Origin: a virus
Taxonomy: Duplodnaviria > Caudoviricetes
Virus record (IMG/VR): IMGVR_UViG_3300028588_000644
Location: 1 to 46,804 of that record
DNA length: 46,804 bases
Reading direction: 5' to 3' (one strand)
Positions within the stretch are counted from its first letter, which is position 1; every line of letters begins with the position of its first letter. The position numbers and the translations under genes are program-made. Positions 26,535 to 37,200 of the stretch are shown one piece after another. The notes beneath the pieces are model-generated. The model was not told the DNA's origin. It did not search any database and saw only the letters and a list, made by a program, of their open reading frames with translations.

Positions 26535-27968
26535 ATGGAAAATTTAGAACAGGAATTAAAAAAAGATGCCGCAAAAGCGATAGATGTATTGAAGGCAGGA
26601 TCCAAGAAACCTCAGGACATCGAGAAGATTGTCAAGGAATACAAGGCCATTGACAGGACAATCAGGCTGACGCAGGTCGGAAATATCCAGAAAGACAAGA
26701 CCATCGGAAAAGGAGAGAAGGCAAAGCTGGTTCCAGGCGTCAGGATTCCGGTCCATTTTCAGAAAAAGATCGTAGAAACTTCCGTTGCTTTCGAAGTCGG
26801 AGAGCCATCAACGCTGATTCCTTCAGTAAAGAACCAGCTTTCCGAATTGATCGCAAAGCTTTGGAAGACAAACCGTCTTGACAGCAAGATACAAAAGATG
26901 AAGCTCCTGCAGAAGAGTCAGACTGAAGGAGCGGTCCAGTTTTATATGAAAGACATCGAGGAGGGATCTCTTTTCCTAAAGATGCTTTCGCTTATTGGAA
27001 TCAAGGACCAGAAGAAAGAAATCAAGTGCAACATCCTCGACAACACGAAAGGCACGATGTCGCCATACTTTAATGCTTTTGGCGATATGGTTGCATTCGT
27101 CTGGGTTTTCATCGTTAAGGATTCCGAAGGAAAGGACGTCAAGAACGCGTGGATTTATGATGATGCTAACGTCTACAAATGCGATGAGAATAAAGGCAAC
27201 ATGAGCTGGGTTTCCACAGAAAAGCACGGCTTCTCAAAGATTCCGATTGTTTACATCGCGCAAGACAATCCGGAGTATTTCGACGTCCAGGCTATGATCG
27301 ACAGGTATGAGGTGACGCTTTCAAAATTAGGTGCTTCAAATGATTATTCGGGCCATCCGATGCTTAAGATATTTGGAAAGGTCGAGAATGCTCCGGATAA
27401 AGACGAGGACGGAAAGGCTTGGATCATTCCTGTTTCAGTTGATGATGAGGGCAACGAAGTAAAGGGTGATGTTGAGTTCTTGAACAACGAGAATGCAGGG
27501 GAAAGCGTGGCGCTAGAACTTGAGAAGTTAGAAGATCTTATCTGGGCGATTTCATCGACTCCTAATCTTTCCTTGAACAACTTGAAGGATCTCGGGGCTC
27601 TTTCTGGAATCGCGATCAAGCTTCTGTTTTTGGAGCCGATCTTAAAAGCAAAATTGAATGAAGGCGACAATCGAACCATGTACGAAAGGATTCTCAATGT
27701 CATCATTTCCGGCATCGTTACCACAACAAACATCAAGCTTTCGAATGAATCACAGCAGCTGTTCTACGATGTCCAGTTCAATTCGATACTTCCCGATGAC
27801 TTGAAGTCGACCGTCGAGACTTTGGTTGCCGGTGTTGCTGGCGGTATTATCTCAGCTGAAACTGCCGTCGGAGTTTTAGATATGACCGGCGATGCTGAAG
27901 CGGAAATTAAAAAGATTCAGGAGGCTTTGGAATTGAAGAAAGAGAAGGAGCCTGTAATTGGAGAATAA
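26535..27968 (+). CDS. Portal protein (SPP1 gp6-like)
   Basis: HGFSKIPIV, TPNLS, LSGIAIKL and SAETA motifs; ATG at 26535 just after the terL stop. Confidence 0.88.
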   Translation: MENLEQELKKDAAKAIDVLKAGSKKPQDIEKIVKEYKAIDRTIRLTQVGNIQKDKTIGKGEKAKLVPGVRIPVHFQKKIVETSVAFEVGEPSTLIPSVKNQLSELIAKLWKTNRLDSKIQKMKLLQKSQTEGAVQFYMKDIEEGSLFLKMLSLIGIKDQKKEIKCNILDNTKGTMSPYFNAFGDMVAFVWVFIVKDSEGKDVKNAWIYDDANVYKCDENKGNMSWVSTEKHGFSKIPIVYIAQDNPEYFDVQAMIDRYEVTLSKLGASNDYSGHPMLKIFGKVENAPDKDEDGKAWIIPVSVDDEGNEVKGDVEFLNNENAGESVALELEKLEDLIWAISSTPNLSLNNLKDLGALSGIAIKLLFLEPILKAKLNEGDNRTMYERILNVIISGIVTTTNIKLSNESQQLFYDVQFNSILPDDLKSTVETLVAGVAGGIISAETAVGVLDMTGDAEAEIKKIQEALELKKEKEPVIGE

Positions 27969-27992
27969 AAAAAGCCACTCGATTGAGTGGCT
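27967..27992 (-). terminator. Terminator for the antisense moron
   Basis: A7 then AGCCACTC-gatt-GAGTGGCT; U-tract only in the minus direction. Confidence 0.75.
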
Positions 27993-27998
27993 CTCCAT

Positions 27999-28442
27999 TT
28001 ATTGTGCTTTTGTAAATGACACTTCGCTCGTCCCAGCTACTCCCTCGTAGGTCTGCGTAAATCGAAGTACCATCGTGTTTGAGTTTACGCTTACAATTTC
28101 CGCGTTTTCAGTGTCTCCATCATCATTAATGGTAAGTGTGTTGCCATTTCTAACATACGTACTTTCATAAGAATCTAGTACGCATCCCGGATCTAAATAA
28201 TAATCGCCAAATTCAGCAGTGTTGTTTGCTCGAATGTCAAGATAATCTCTCTCGCAGGTCGCCTCGTCATCATCATACGGTTCGTCAGAAACAACGGTAC
28301 CGTTTACGGAAGTTTTGATTCTATTGTAGTTCCATTTACCTACGATTGATCCTGGCTCGTTAGAATCATCATCCGAACCACATGATGCAAATGATGCACC
28401 TAAAAGCAGCGCAGACGCTACAAAAATTCCTAATCTTTTCAT
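27999..28442 (-). CDS. Moron: lipocalin-like-domain lipoprotein
   Basis: Lipobox FASC, acidic SDDDSNE export-type stretch, IVGKW motif. Confidence 0.8.
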   Translation of the reverse strand: MKRLGIFVASALLLGASFASCGSDDDSNEPGSIVGKWNYNRIKTSVNGTVVSDEPYDDDEATCERDYLDIRANNTAEFGDYYLDPGCVLDSYESTYVRNGNTLTINDDGDTENAEIVSVNSNTMVLRFTQTYEGVAGTSEVSFTKAQ

Positions 28443-28500
28443 TTTGCGTTTGTTTTATACGAATTTATCATAAATTTTCAAACAAAAAATAATTAGACAT

Positions 28501-28557
28501 TATTTAGAATGATTCTAAATAGATGATATTTTTTATTACATTTGTCATTATTAATTC
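28501..28557 (+). promoter_or_regulatory. Head-operon promoter with perfect 10-1-10 palindrome (copy 1)
   Basis: TATTTAGAAT-G-ATTCTAAATA at 28501-28521; TACATTTG at 28537-28544. Confidence 0.75.
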
Positions 28558-28579
28558 GATAACAAAAAATGACTGACAA

Positions 28580-29224
28580 ATGGCTGTAACACCAGAAAAG
28601 ATCAAGGCACGACTTAAGGTACTTTTCCCTAAGGCGAACTTATCGCAAAAGAGGATAGACGAGATTTCGGCTAAACTCGCACCAAAACCGGCAGACGATG
28701 CAGATGACGCGGCAGTTGATGTTTTTATCAACGACGCTAACGAACTGATGGGATTTGAAGCAATGGCAAAAGAGGACGACCGAGTTCGCACTCTTGAAGC
28801 GAACCAAAAACCAAAAACAGAAACTGCAAAAACTGAAGAAACTACAGAAGTTGAAAAAGTAGATGAAAATACGCCTGCTTGGGCTAAAACCATCATCGAA
28901 ACAAACCAGAAGCTTTCCAAAGAAATTGAGGACCTAAAACAAGGCAAGATTACTGACACAAAAAGGCAGACTGCACAACAGGCTGTTGAAGCGTCTGAAG
29001 TCTTCAACGGACTAAAACCTGAGGTGAAAGCGAAATGGGCTGGGCGAATCGACATCAACAGTGAAATTTCTTTTGAAGACCAGGTTAAGGAATTTGAAAC
29101 TGAGTTTACAGACATCAAGCAGACATTGGCCAATTCGTCAAGCTATTCAGGACCGACCCCAACAGGCGAGACTGATACCAAGCCTTCAGACAAGGAGTTG
29201 AGCTACGTTATGGGAAAACTTTAA
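28580..29224 (+). CDS. Head scaffold protein
   Basis: Charged helical protein with PAWAK motif, upstream of the decoration and capsid genes. Confidence 0.7.
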   Translation: MAVTPEKIKARLKVLFPKANLSQKRIDEISAKLAPKPADDADDAAVDVFINDANELMGFEAMAKEDDRVRTLEANQKPKTETAKTEETTEVEKVDENTPAWAKTIIETNQKLSKEIEDLKQGKITDTKRQTAQQAVEASEVFNGLKPEVKAKWAGRIDINSEISFEDQVKEFETEFTDIKQTLANSSSYSGPTPTGETDTKPSDKELSYVMGKL

Positions 29225-29243
29225 CCAAAAAAAACAATTTACT

Positions 29244-29636
29244 ATGTCAGTAATAGGAAGTTTGAACAATGAAAAACAAGGCTTCGATACCGGAAATGAC
29301 TCGATTGTCATCATCCAAGTATTGCAAGCTGTTGTAGGTGGCAGAACGCTTGACACGACAGGATTTACTCCTGATACAATCAAGGCAGGACATGTTGTTA
29401 TCGTAGAGACAGCGACAGGAAACCATAAGCCTATGCCTATCAACGCCGGAGCTGATGCTTATGCAGCACTTCCAGCGGGACACACAATCAAAGGTGTGGT
29501 GATTTCTTCTGTAGACAAGAAGAAGCCATTCGTAGGTATCATGGAAGGGGGAAAAGTCAACGAAGTTGCATCTCCGTTTCCATTAACGACGGCAATCAAG
29601 GACGCTTTGCCGTTAATTATTTTCACTAAAGACTAA
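29244..29636 (+). CDS. Head decoration protein
   Basis: GGRTLD...IKAGHVV pattern; position before the capsid gene. Confidence 0.65.
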   Translation: MSVIGSLNNEKQGFDTGNDSIVIIQVLQAVVGGRTLDTTGFTPDTIKAGHVVIVETATGNHKPMPINAGADAYAALPAGHTIKGVVISSVDKKKPFVGIMEGGKVNEVASPFPLTTAIKDALPLIIFTKD

Positions 29637-29643
29637 TTAGAAA

Positions 29644-30945
29644 ATGAACAAATCTTTATTTGTATGGCTGGCAACGTGGTTTGCCTCCATTTCTTCGAAA
29701 ATCGAAGAGAATGTAAATGGAGTGGCTGGAGGAGAACCGCAGCCTTATCTTCATAAAGAGATGCTGACCTCAGAGCTGTCTACGGATTTGACTTGGGATT
29801 CAGCATCTATCGACGGTTCGGTCGTTGCAGCGGATATCGTTGCGATGGATTCGCCACTGCCATTGAAAAGAAGAGATTCTGTAAGATCAGCATCAGGCGA
29901 CCTTCCGAAGGCGGGTATGAAATTCTGGCTATCTGAAAAACAGCTGTCTCAAATCGATACCATGAAAGCGAAAGGCGTGAAGCTGATCGAGATTGTCACT
30001 AAAGTATTTGCAGACACTAAAAAAGCAGTTTACGGTATCTACGAAAGAAACGAGCTAAACTTCCTGGAAGCACTTTCGACCGGTGTTACTTTGGTCGATA
30101 ATGCCGACGAGAACGGAAACAACAACGGCTTGGGTATCAGAGTTGACTTCGGTTATCTTGATTCGAACAGATTCAATGCCTCGACTGTGTGGAGTGATCC
30201 AAATGCAAAGATTGTCGATGACATTACAAAAACGATCAAGCACGCGAGAACCAAAGGCAACACGATCAGGGTCATCATGATGGACGTTGATACGGCAAAC
30301 AACATTGCCCAGAACAACCAAGTCAAAAATAACTTTGCCTTTGCTGGAGGTATAGCTACAGAAGGGGCTAACGTTCCGACTCTTGATGATACCCAGTTAG
30401 TAACATTTTTTGCGAGAAAGTTCAAAGTGGCCCTTAAGATTGTTGACAGGACTGTCACGACCGAAAGCAACGGAAAGCGAAAAGTTCACACGCCTTGGGC
30501 GTCGGGAGCTGTTGTCTTCTTGAGTTCTCCGAATGTCGGCCGTCTTGTTTATGGTATTCTTGCAGAAGATACGAGAAGAAATCCTGAAGTAATGTATGAG
30601 AAGGTAGAATATATCTTGGTAAAGAAATGGCACACGAATGAGCCTTTCAGCGAATATACTTCTTCTCAAGCGTTATGCTTGCCGGTGATCGACAATGCGT
30701 CATCAATCTGCGTTCTGGATTCGAATTCTGTAAATGCAGGTGACGAACAGACAGAAGGAGATGCAAACTTTGACTACAAAGACGAAAGCTACACAAAAGC
30801 TTCAGTTCTTGCAGGAATCAAGGCGGCAAAACCGACGTCTAAATTGACAATCGCGTCAGCGGATGCAAAATTGCTTGAGACCATCAACGAATTCTCTGAG
30901 GAGCAAATTGCACTTTTCGAGGCGAAACTTGTAGCGTCAGCATAA
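29644..30945 (+). CDS. Major capsid protein (cap_E-like) with C-terminal extension
   Basis: AADIVAMDSPLP, VDFG, WSDPNAKIVDD and LPVI motifs. Confidence 0.82.
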   Translation: MNKSLFVWLATWFASISSKIEENVNGVAGGEPQPYLHKEMLTSELSTDLTWDSASIDGSVVAADIVAMDSPLPLKRRDSVRSASGDLPKAGMKFWLSEKQLSQIDTMKAKGVKLIEIVTKVFADTKKAVYGIYERNELNFLEALSTGVTLVDNADENGNNNGLGIRVDFGYLDSNRFNASTVWSDPNAKIVDDITKTIKHARTKGNTIRVIMMDVDTANNIAQNNQVKNNFAFAGGIATEGANVPTLDDTQLVTFFARKFKVALKIVDRTVTTESNGKRKVHTPWASGAVVFLSSPNVGRLVYGILAEDTRRNPEVMYEKVEYILVKKWHTNEPFSEYTSSQALCLPVIDNASSICVLDSNSVNAGDEQTEGDANFDYKDESYTKASVLAGIKAAKPTSKLTIASADAKLLETINEFSEEQIALFEAKLVASA

Positions 30946-30946
30946 T

Positions 30947-31525
30947 ATGTATTTCGGATCTGCCATAGAAGCATTGGTCGAAAGAATCAGCTGGAGCAAA
31001 GCTCTGGAACCTGATTATCCTGAGTTGGATGAGGCTAACTTGACAGGAGAATCGGGAAGAAATTTCCAGAGCTTCCACCAGCTCGTTACTGTAGAGAATA
31101 TCTACGATGCAGTGCCAGAGGTAGAGATGGAAGAGGAATCTTTCAATAAGCTTCTTTCCGGATTGAGGGAGCAGGCGGTTTTGGCTGTCATTCCTGAAAT
31201 CATGGACAAAAACATCAAGTATGATTCTGCAAAGGATTACACCCAAGTTATAATTGACAATGCGCTTCTTTTCGATGATGCAATCGGCTACAAGCTTGCG
31301 ATAATGGTCCTTGAAATGTGCATCTCTACCAAGAGAAGCAACCTTGCGGAACGAAACGCAAAGCTGTCGGTTTCCAACCTGAAGCTTGAAATCGAAGGAT
31401 TCCGAAACGACAGCGGAATATTGGTGGCCAAGGGAATCACCCAAAAGCTCGAGATGGCCATCAGGAAGGCAACGAACAAATTGTTTCCGAAAGAGGTTAT
31501 TGTCACATCTGATAAAATCTGGTAA
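30947..31525 (+). CDS. Head-tail adaptor (putative)
   Basis: Position after the capsid gene; helical 192 aa. Confidence 0.55.
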   Translation: MYFGSAIEALVERISWSKALEPDYPELDEANLTGESGRNFQSFHQLVTVENIYDAVPEVEMEEESFNKLLSGLREQAVLAVIPEIMDKNIKYDSAKDYTQVIIDNALLFDDAIGYKLAIMVLEMCISTKRSNLAERNAKLSVSNLKLEIEGFRNDSGILVAKGITQKLEMAIRKATNKLFPKEVIVTSDKIW

Positions 31526-32046
31526 TGAACCACACAATTGATAAGCCAAAGGGCATCGACCACTTCATCCAGAAAATCCAGTCTGACTTGTACAAGAAGC
31601 TCGGGTGGGAAAATCTCGAAATGTATGGGCGTGTCTATAAAAATCCATCTAAATCAAAAGGTGTTACTCTTGAAGCATACCAAGGGAAAAAAGAATACAA
31701 GGACGTCTTTACCAATGACAAAAAGGCGGCTAGCGTCTTTTTTATCGACGAGAACGAACACAAGACTACAAACGGCATTTACTATACTGCCGAAGTCAAG
31801 ATTGTTTTTATGGTGAACCTTGCAAAGCTTTATCCTGAAGTTGCCAACAGAGCTGATACCGATGCACAGATCCATTGCGCAAAGCTTGTTGGACAGCACA
31901 AGATTTTCAATGTTACCGGAATCGAAACAGGAATCGAGACAATTTTTAAAGGCATCAATACCGACGGAATAAAACTAACAGATTTGCAACCCTTCCATGT
32001 TTTTGCGATTGTGGGCAACCTGAAGTACCAACTGAATTACTGTTAA
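31525..32046 (+). CDS. Tail terminator/neck protein (putative)
   Basis: Position before the tail tube gene; coupled by TAATG. Confidence 0.55.
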   Translation: MNHTIDKPKGIDHFIQKIQSDLYKKLGWENLEMYGRVYKNPSKSKGVTLEAYQGKKEYKDVFTNDKKAASVFFIDENEHKTTNGIYYTAEVKIVFMVNLAKLYPEVANRADTDAQIHCAKLVGQHKIFNVTGIETGIETIFKGINTDGIKLTDLQPFHVFAIVGNLKYQLNYC

Positions 32047-32065
32047 ACAAAAAATATAAAAACAT

Positions 32066-32941
32066 ATGGGCGTTTATGTAGAATGCAAGGGTTCGGGTTC
32101 CGCGAACAGAAATACCGGAGCAAAGGAGCAATGCCTCGAAGGGTTGTTCATCATGCCTGCGCTTCACGTCCCAGGATTCTCTTTCGAATCCGTGGAAGAT
32201 GCAAAGGATAAAGAAAAATGGGATGCGGCTATTGCTGCAAAGAAGATATTCCCGTTGTACAGCGTCGAAGAATTGGCATCTGCCAATACTGAAGATACCG
32301 TGTTCGAGGGAAGAACCCAGCAATATGTCACGGCTCAAGGAAAGAAAGTTTCTACTTTCTCAAGCTTCCTTGGATTGTGCTCTCACGGGGCATTGAAATC
32401 TTATAACAAGAAGGATATGGGGCTGTTTGAGTTCACTGAAGATGGAGCGATCAAGGGCGTAATCATGGCCGATGGAAAAGTGAAAGGCCAAGACGTTGTG
32501 CTGAATGTAGGGAAAAGACTTGACGCGACAGCCGACAGGCCGCCGTCCACTCCTGTTACCATCAATTACAAGGACCACAACCAATTCGAGGACAATGGAG
32601 CAATCCTTCGTCCTGAAAGCTGGGGCGCTTCTGACATCTTGGGAATCTTCGATGTTACCTTGGCGCAGGTTTCTGCTTCTTCAACGACCATCGAATTCAC
32701 AGCATCGACTGGATGCGCAGGAGGAGATGACAACATTGATTCATTATTGGCCGCCAACGTAATCGTGAGAGATTTGGAAGGTGCGACTGTTACCGTTTCA
32801 TTCGTTACTGCGGATGAGAACGGAGTTTATAGATTGACAGCGACTGGTTTCTTAACCGGATTTACTGTTTCATTATACGGAGTGGTTTCTCAGACAGAAA
32901 TCAGTTACGAAAGTCCGGAACCTCTAAAAATCACAATCTAA
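32066..32941 (+). CDS. Major tail tube protein (putative)
   Basis: 291 aa, beta-rich with an Ig-like C-terminal part; position. Confidence 0.65.
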   Translation: MGVYVECKGSGSANRNTGAKEQCLEGLFIMPALHVPGFSFESVEDAKDKEKWDAAIAAKKIFPLYSVEELASANTEDTVFEGRTQQYVTAQGKKVSTFSSFLGLCSHGALKSYNKKDMGLFEFTEDGAIKGVIMADGKVKGQDVVLNVGKRLDATADRPPSTPVTINYKDHNQFEDNGAILRPESWGASDILGIFDVTLAQVSASSTTIEFTASTGCAGGDDNIDSLLAANVIVRDLEGATVTVSFVTADENGVYRLTATGFLTGFTVSLYGVVSQTEISYESPEPLKITI

Positions 32942-33135
32942 TGGAGGCTAAAACTTACAAAGGAATCACGTTCGCTGCTGATTACGACAAAACGTTTGCG
33001 GGATTCAAGAAAGATTTCGAAAATACCCACGTATTTAAAAAAATCCCTTCGGCGAATCGCGAGGCAGAACTGGCGAAAGCCTACAAGATCGCAACCGGAA
33101 AGGATGCAATAGAGCCTTCGAAGCCTGCAAAATAG
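32941..33135 (+). CDS. Small phage protein
   Basis: 64 aa coupled ORF ending before a terminator. Confidence 0.65.
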   Translation: MEAKTYKGITFAADYDKTFAGFKKDFENTHVFKKIPSANREAELAKAYKIATGKDAIEPSKPAK

Positions 33136-33152
33136 GCAATTGAACCATAACC

Positions 33153-33187
33153 AAAAAGGCAGCAGTACAAACTGTCTGCCTTTTTTT
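33153..33187. terminator. Intrinsic terminator after the major structural genes
   Basis: AAAAAGGCAG...CTGCCTTTTTTT. Confidence 0.75.
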
Positions 33188-33201
33188 ATACCTAATTTCT
33201 G

Positions 33202-33660
33202 ATGGCAGGACTCTACGAACAGCTCGAAAAAGCAAAAAAGCTGAAGCCAAGGGCAATTGAAAAAGACCTTTTCTCCTACATCCGGAAGCTGGAGAGCTAC
33301 ATCATCGACCTGAACAAGACGCAGATCGAGATCGACAGCAAGGACATCCACGGCAAGGCAATCGGATTCTATTCTGAAGCGACTGAAGTAATGTCCGGCG
33401 GAAGGAAAAAAGCTGGTGATCCGTTTACCGGAGTCGACACTGAGGATTGGTTTAATGCCTTCTACATGTTCCAGAAAGACGGTGCGATCGGCATCAGCTC
33501 CAAGGACCCAAAGAATGACATCATCCTTTCTAACAACAAGAATAATCCGTGGCTCTCTAAAGATCTTTTCGGGTTGTCCGATGAAAACCTAGAGGAAGCG
33601 ATCAGGACAAAGATACTTCCGTACCACATTGAAAACTCAAGAAAAATACTCGATATATAA
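33202..33660 (+). CDS. Neck/tail completion protein (putative)
   Basis: 152 aa in the tail cluster; DT.DW and DLFGL motifs. Confidence 0.5.
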   Translation: MAGLYEQLEKAKKLKPRAIEKDLFSYIRKLESYIIDLNKTQIEIDSKDIHGKAIGFYSEATEVMSGGRKKAGDPFTGVDTEDWFNAFYMFQKDGAIGISSKDPKNDIILSNNKNNPWLSKDLFGLSDENLEEAIRTKILPYHIENSRKILDI

Positions 33661-34253
33661 TGTATAACACCCTTGCAAAACTGCCTATCGTCATCTTTGA
33701 GGAAATCTCAAAAGATGGAAACCTCACGCTTCTTTTGGAAGAAAATGAAACTGCAACCGAAGAAGAGCTTGCCGAATTATGGCAGAAGCTTTCGATTGAG
33801 TTTTCGGATAAGTCCATCAGCTCTGATTCGAAGAAAGTGTTCAGACTCAACAAGACGATTGAGGAGCTTAAGTTCAAGCATAAAATGATCGCAATATCGC
33901 TAGAAGCGTTAAAATTCGACTGGGATAACGAGCTTGTCGGAATCTTGCGAGGTTTCGGTTATACGATCACTCAAGTCAGGTATTACGAAGACCTTGAAAG
34001 AATCGAGCGCGAATCAAAGGCGCTTCTCGTGAAAGCTGCAAACCTCGAAACCATGCTTCCTAAAAAGGACACTGAAAACTCCGAGGTTTCAATTTACGAC
34101 GTGCTGGCAAGCTATTCTGCAATCCTGGGAATTGATTTCGACTTTGAGGTGCTTTCGTGCTTGAAATATATATCGATGCAGAAGCAGGTCGCGTCAAAGA
34201 TCAAGGCTTCAGAGCAAAATACAGAATCAAACAAACCTAAAAAAAGAAGGTAA
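33660..34253 (+). CDS. Tail assembly chaperone (putative)
   Basis: Directly upstream of and coupled to the tape measure gene. Confidence 0.5.
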   Translation: MYNTLAKLPIVIFEEISKDGNLTLLLEENETATEEELAELWQKLSIEFSDKSISSDSKKVFRLNKTIEELKFKHKMIAISLEALKFDWDNELVGILRGFGYTITQVRYYEDLERIERESKALLVKAANLETMLPKKDTENSEVSIYDVLASYSAILGIDFDFEVLSCLKYISMQKQVASKIKASEQNTESNKPKKRR

Positions 34254-37200
34254 TGGCTAAAAATGGACTTATAACTCGGAAAGATATAATCGAAGACGAG
34301 GCCTTGCGCTGGGGCGATGAATATGCTGGAGAAATCAAGAAAGCTATTTCTGCTCAAAACGAATTGCTGAAATCTGCGCGTGAAATGGTATCTATTTATG
34401 GCCAGTTCCGAAAAGCAAATACTAATTCAGAATTCGTTGCAGCGAAGCAGGCAGAGGCCATTGCTACTCAGCAAGCATTAAATGCTTTAAAACTTGAGGA
34501 AACAGCAATGATTTCTTCTGAAAAAATAAAAAAGGCGAGACTGGCAACTTTGAAAGAAGAGCTCAATGTTCAATCGCAGAAAGACCGCGCGTTAAGAAAC
34601 TCCACAAAACTGACGTTGGAAGAGCGTGTCCAACAACAGGAGAACAACAAGGTGCTCAGACAGGCCATTCTTGAAAAAATGGGCATGGTGGGCGCTTACC
34701 AGAAACTAAACGCACGGAGAAACGAAGCACAGAAAACGCTAGCCAATCTTTTAAGCGCCGAGGTTCGCAACAATGCTGAAATCAGAAAGGCCCAAAAGGA
34801 GTTTGATATTCTCGATGCGAAAGTAAAAAAGGTCGATGCGACTACTAAAAACTACTCTAAAAATGTGGGTAACTATTCTTCTGCATTTAGTGGCATGGGT
34901 GCAAACCTAAGTAACCTGATGGGGGCGTTTGGTGTGGTCGGAGGTGTTACTGCTTTCGCGTCAATCACCAAAGATATTTTTCAGCAAACGCGAGAATTAC
35001 AATCCTTAGAATTAGCGTTAAAGCAAGTTTTGGGAACTTCGGCTGACCTTGGCGAGACCCAAATGTTTTTGACTAGAGTCGCAGATCAATATGGAGTAGG
35101 AATTAAAGAACTGACGCGATCATATACTCAATTTTATGTTTCGGCTAAAGACAAGCTCTCTCAGCAGGAAATCAACAATATTTTTGAGAGTATTTCTAAG
35201 GCTGCCGGCGCGATGGGTCTTTCTGTCGAACAGCAGGAAGGTACCTTTTTAGCTTTAACACAGATGCTCTCCAAAGGAACAGTCCAAGCGGAAGAGTTGA
35301 GGGGGCAGCTTTCCGAAAGACTTCCAGGAGCATTTGGAATTCTAGCCAAATCCATGGGCGTAACTGAAGTCGAATTAAATAAGTTAATGAAAGATGGAAA
35401 AGTAATCGCATCTGAAGTGCTTCCAGAATTCGTGAAACAGCTTGAGAAGGCATATGGTATTGAAAACAAAGAACGGATTGAATCATTAAATGCATCAACC
35501 ACTAGATTGTCAAATACTTGGACTGAATTTATAGCAAGTTTGGAAGGTGACAAAGGCACAGTATCTCGATTCTTTATGTTTTTTATCGACATGACAAATC
35601 GCACAATTGGCGCTCTAACGAGACTCAATAAAAGCTGGAAAGACATTTATGAGACAGCGCAGGCAAGAGGTGAAAGCTTAGCCCCAAAGGAATTTGAAAA
35701 GAGAATGGCAGCAGCCGGATTTATGACTTCAACTGAGACTGAAAAGGCTTTGATGGTGATGCAGACAGCGCAGAAGGAATATGATATCTTGGTTGAACAG
35801 ATGAACAAAAAGAACAAAGAAATTGCTGAATCAGAAAGCAGTTTGTTTTCAACTTATTGGGGTAGAAAAAATCTGAAGGAAGAAAAGGAACAGTTGGAGT
35901 TAGATATGGCTGCACGATTTGAAATCGTAAAGTTGGCAAAGAAAAAAATTGACGAATTAAATAATCCCAAAAAGAAAAGTTCAGGCACAGATGAACTAAC
36001 TAAGGCAGAACTAGCCGCCCTTGAAAAAGCGCAGCGTGATTATGAACGGATGCGCAAAAGATATATTGACGGGCTGAAAGAAGAAGAAAGAAATGATTTC
36101 GAACTCCGCAAAAACCGAATCGATTATAATTCGCAAGCCAATGATGAAATTTTAAAAGATGATTTGACCACCCTCGACCAGAAACTTGATGCGTTGAATG
36201 AGAATGCTCAATTGGATGCTTCACTATCTCGCGAGACGTTGGAGCATAAATTGAAAATGAATGCGCTCGAAAAGGAAGGTTTGGAGAAATTGAGCGTTGA
36301 AAAGTTCAATCTTTATATCAAGGAATCCGATGCAAGGATTAAGCTTCTGATGGATGAGCAATTGGCGGTCAAAGACATGACTATTGCTGAAAAAATTCTT
36401 TATGAAAGAGCTGAAAATGACAAGATTGCTTTGCTGAGAAAAACTGAAATTGAGCAACAACGGATTATCGACTCAGAGGTTGCGAAGTTTCAAACTAAAT
36501 TAGATTCTGACAAAGCTACTCAGGAACGGCTAATGAATGAGGCAATCGAAGCGGAGAATATTAGATTTAAAGAAACAAGAGATCTCGAAGCCATGAACAT
36601 GGCAGATAGAGAGAAATCGATTCGCGATCACGAAGAGCGAATTGCCCACATAAAAAAACAGGCAGCTTTAGATTTGCTAAAAATTCAAATTGATGGTCTT
36701 GAGAAAGAACTAGCAGCTAACGATGCTAAAGACGAGAAGGACAGGGTCTCTGCTGAGATCAGAAAAAAGATAGCGGAAGATTTGCAAAAAGCAAAAACGG
36801 ATTACACCGAGCTGGATCTACAGAATCACGTCGATGCTTTAAATAAAAAGCAACTTACTGAAGAGGAATTCAATGAGAAAGTAAAGGAAATGTCGAAGGA
36901 TCTGGCCTACGCTCTTGCAGATTTTGCCAACGCACTTTTCGACCGACGAATTCAAAATATTAATGATGAGATTTCCAAAAATGAAGAAAAATACGGTCGA
37001 TTAATTGAATTGGCTGGAAATGACGCAATCCAAAAGGATCTGCTCGAGCAGGAAGCTGAAAAAAAGAGACTTGAACTTGAAAAGAAGAAACGAAAAGAAC
37101 AGCAGAAGCAGGCTATCTTCAATAAGGCAATTGCAGTTACTGAGATAGGATTGAAAACTGCGATGGCAGTTGTTGCTGCCCTGGCGGTGGGGCCGCCTCA

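Noticed and set aside
32941-34253. Programmed tail-chaperone frameshift
   Set aside because: No clear slippery site or overlapping second frame; a terminator separates the candidate genes
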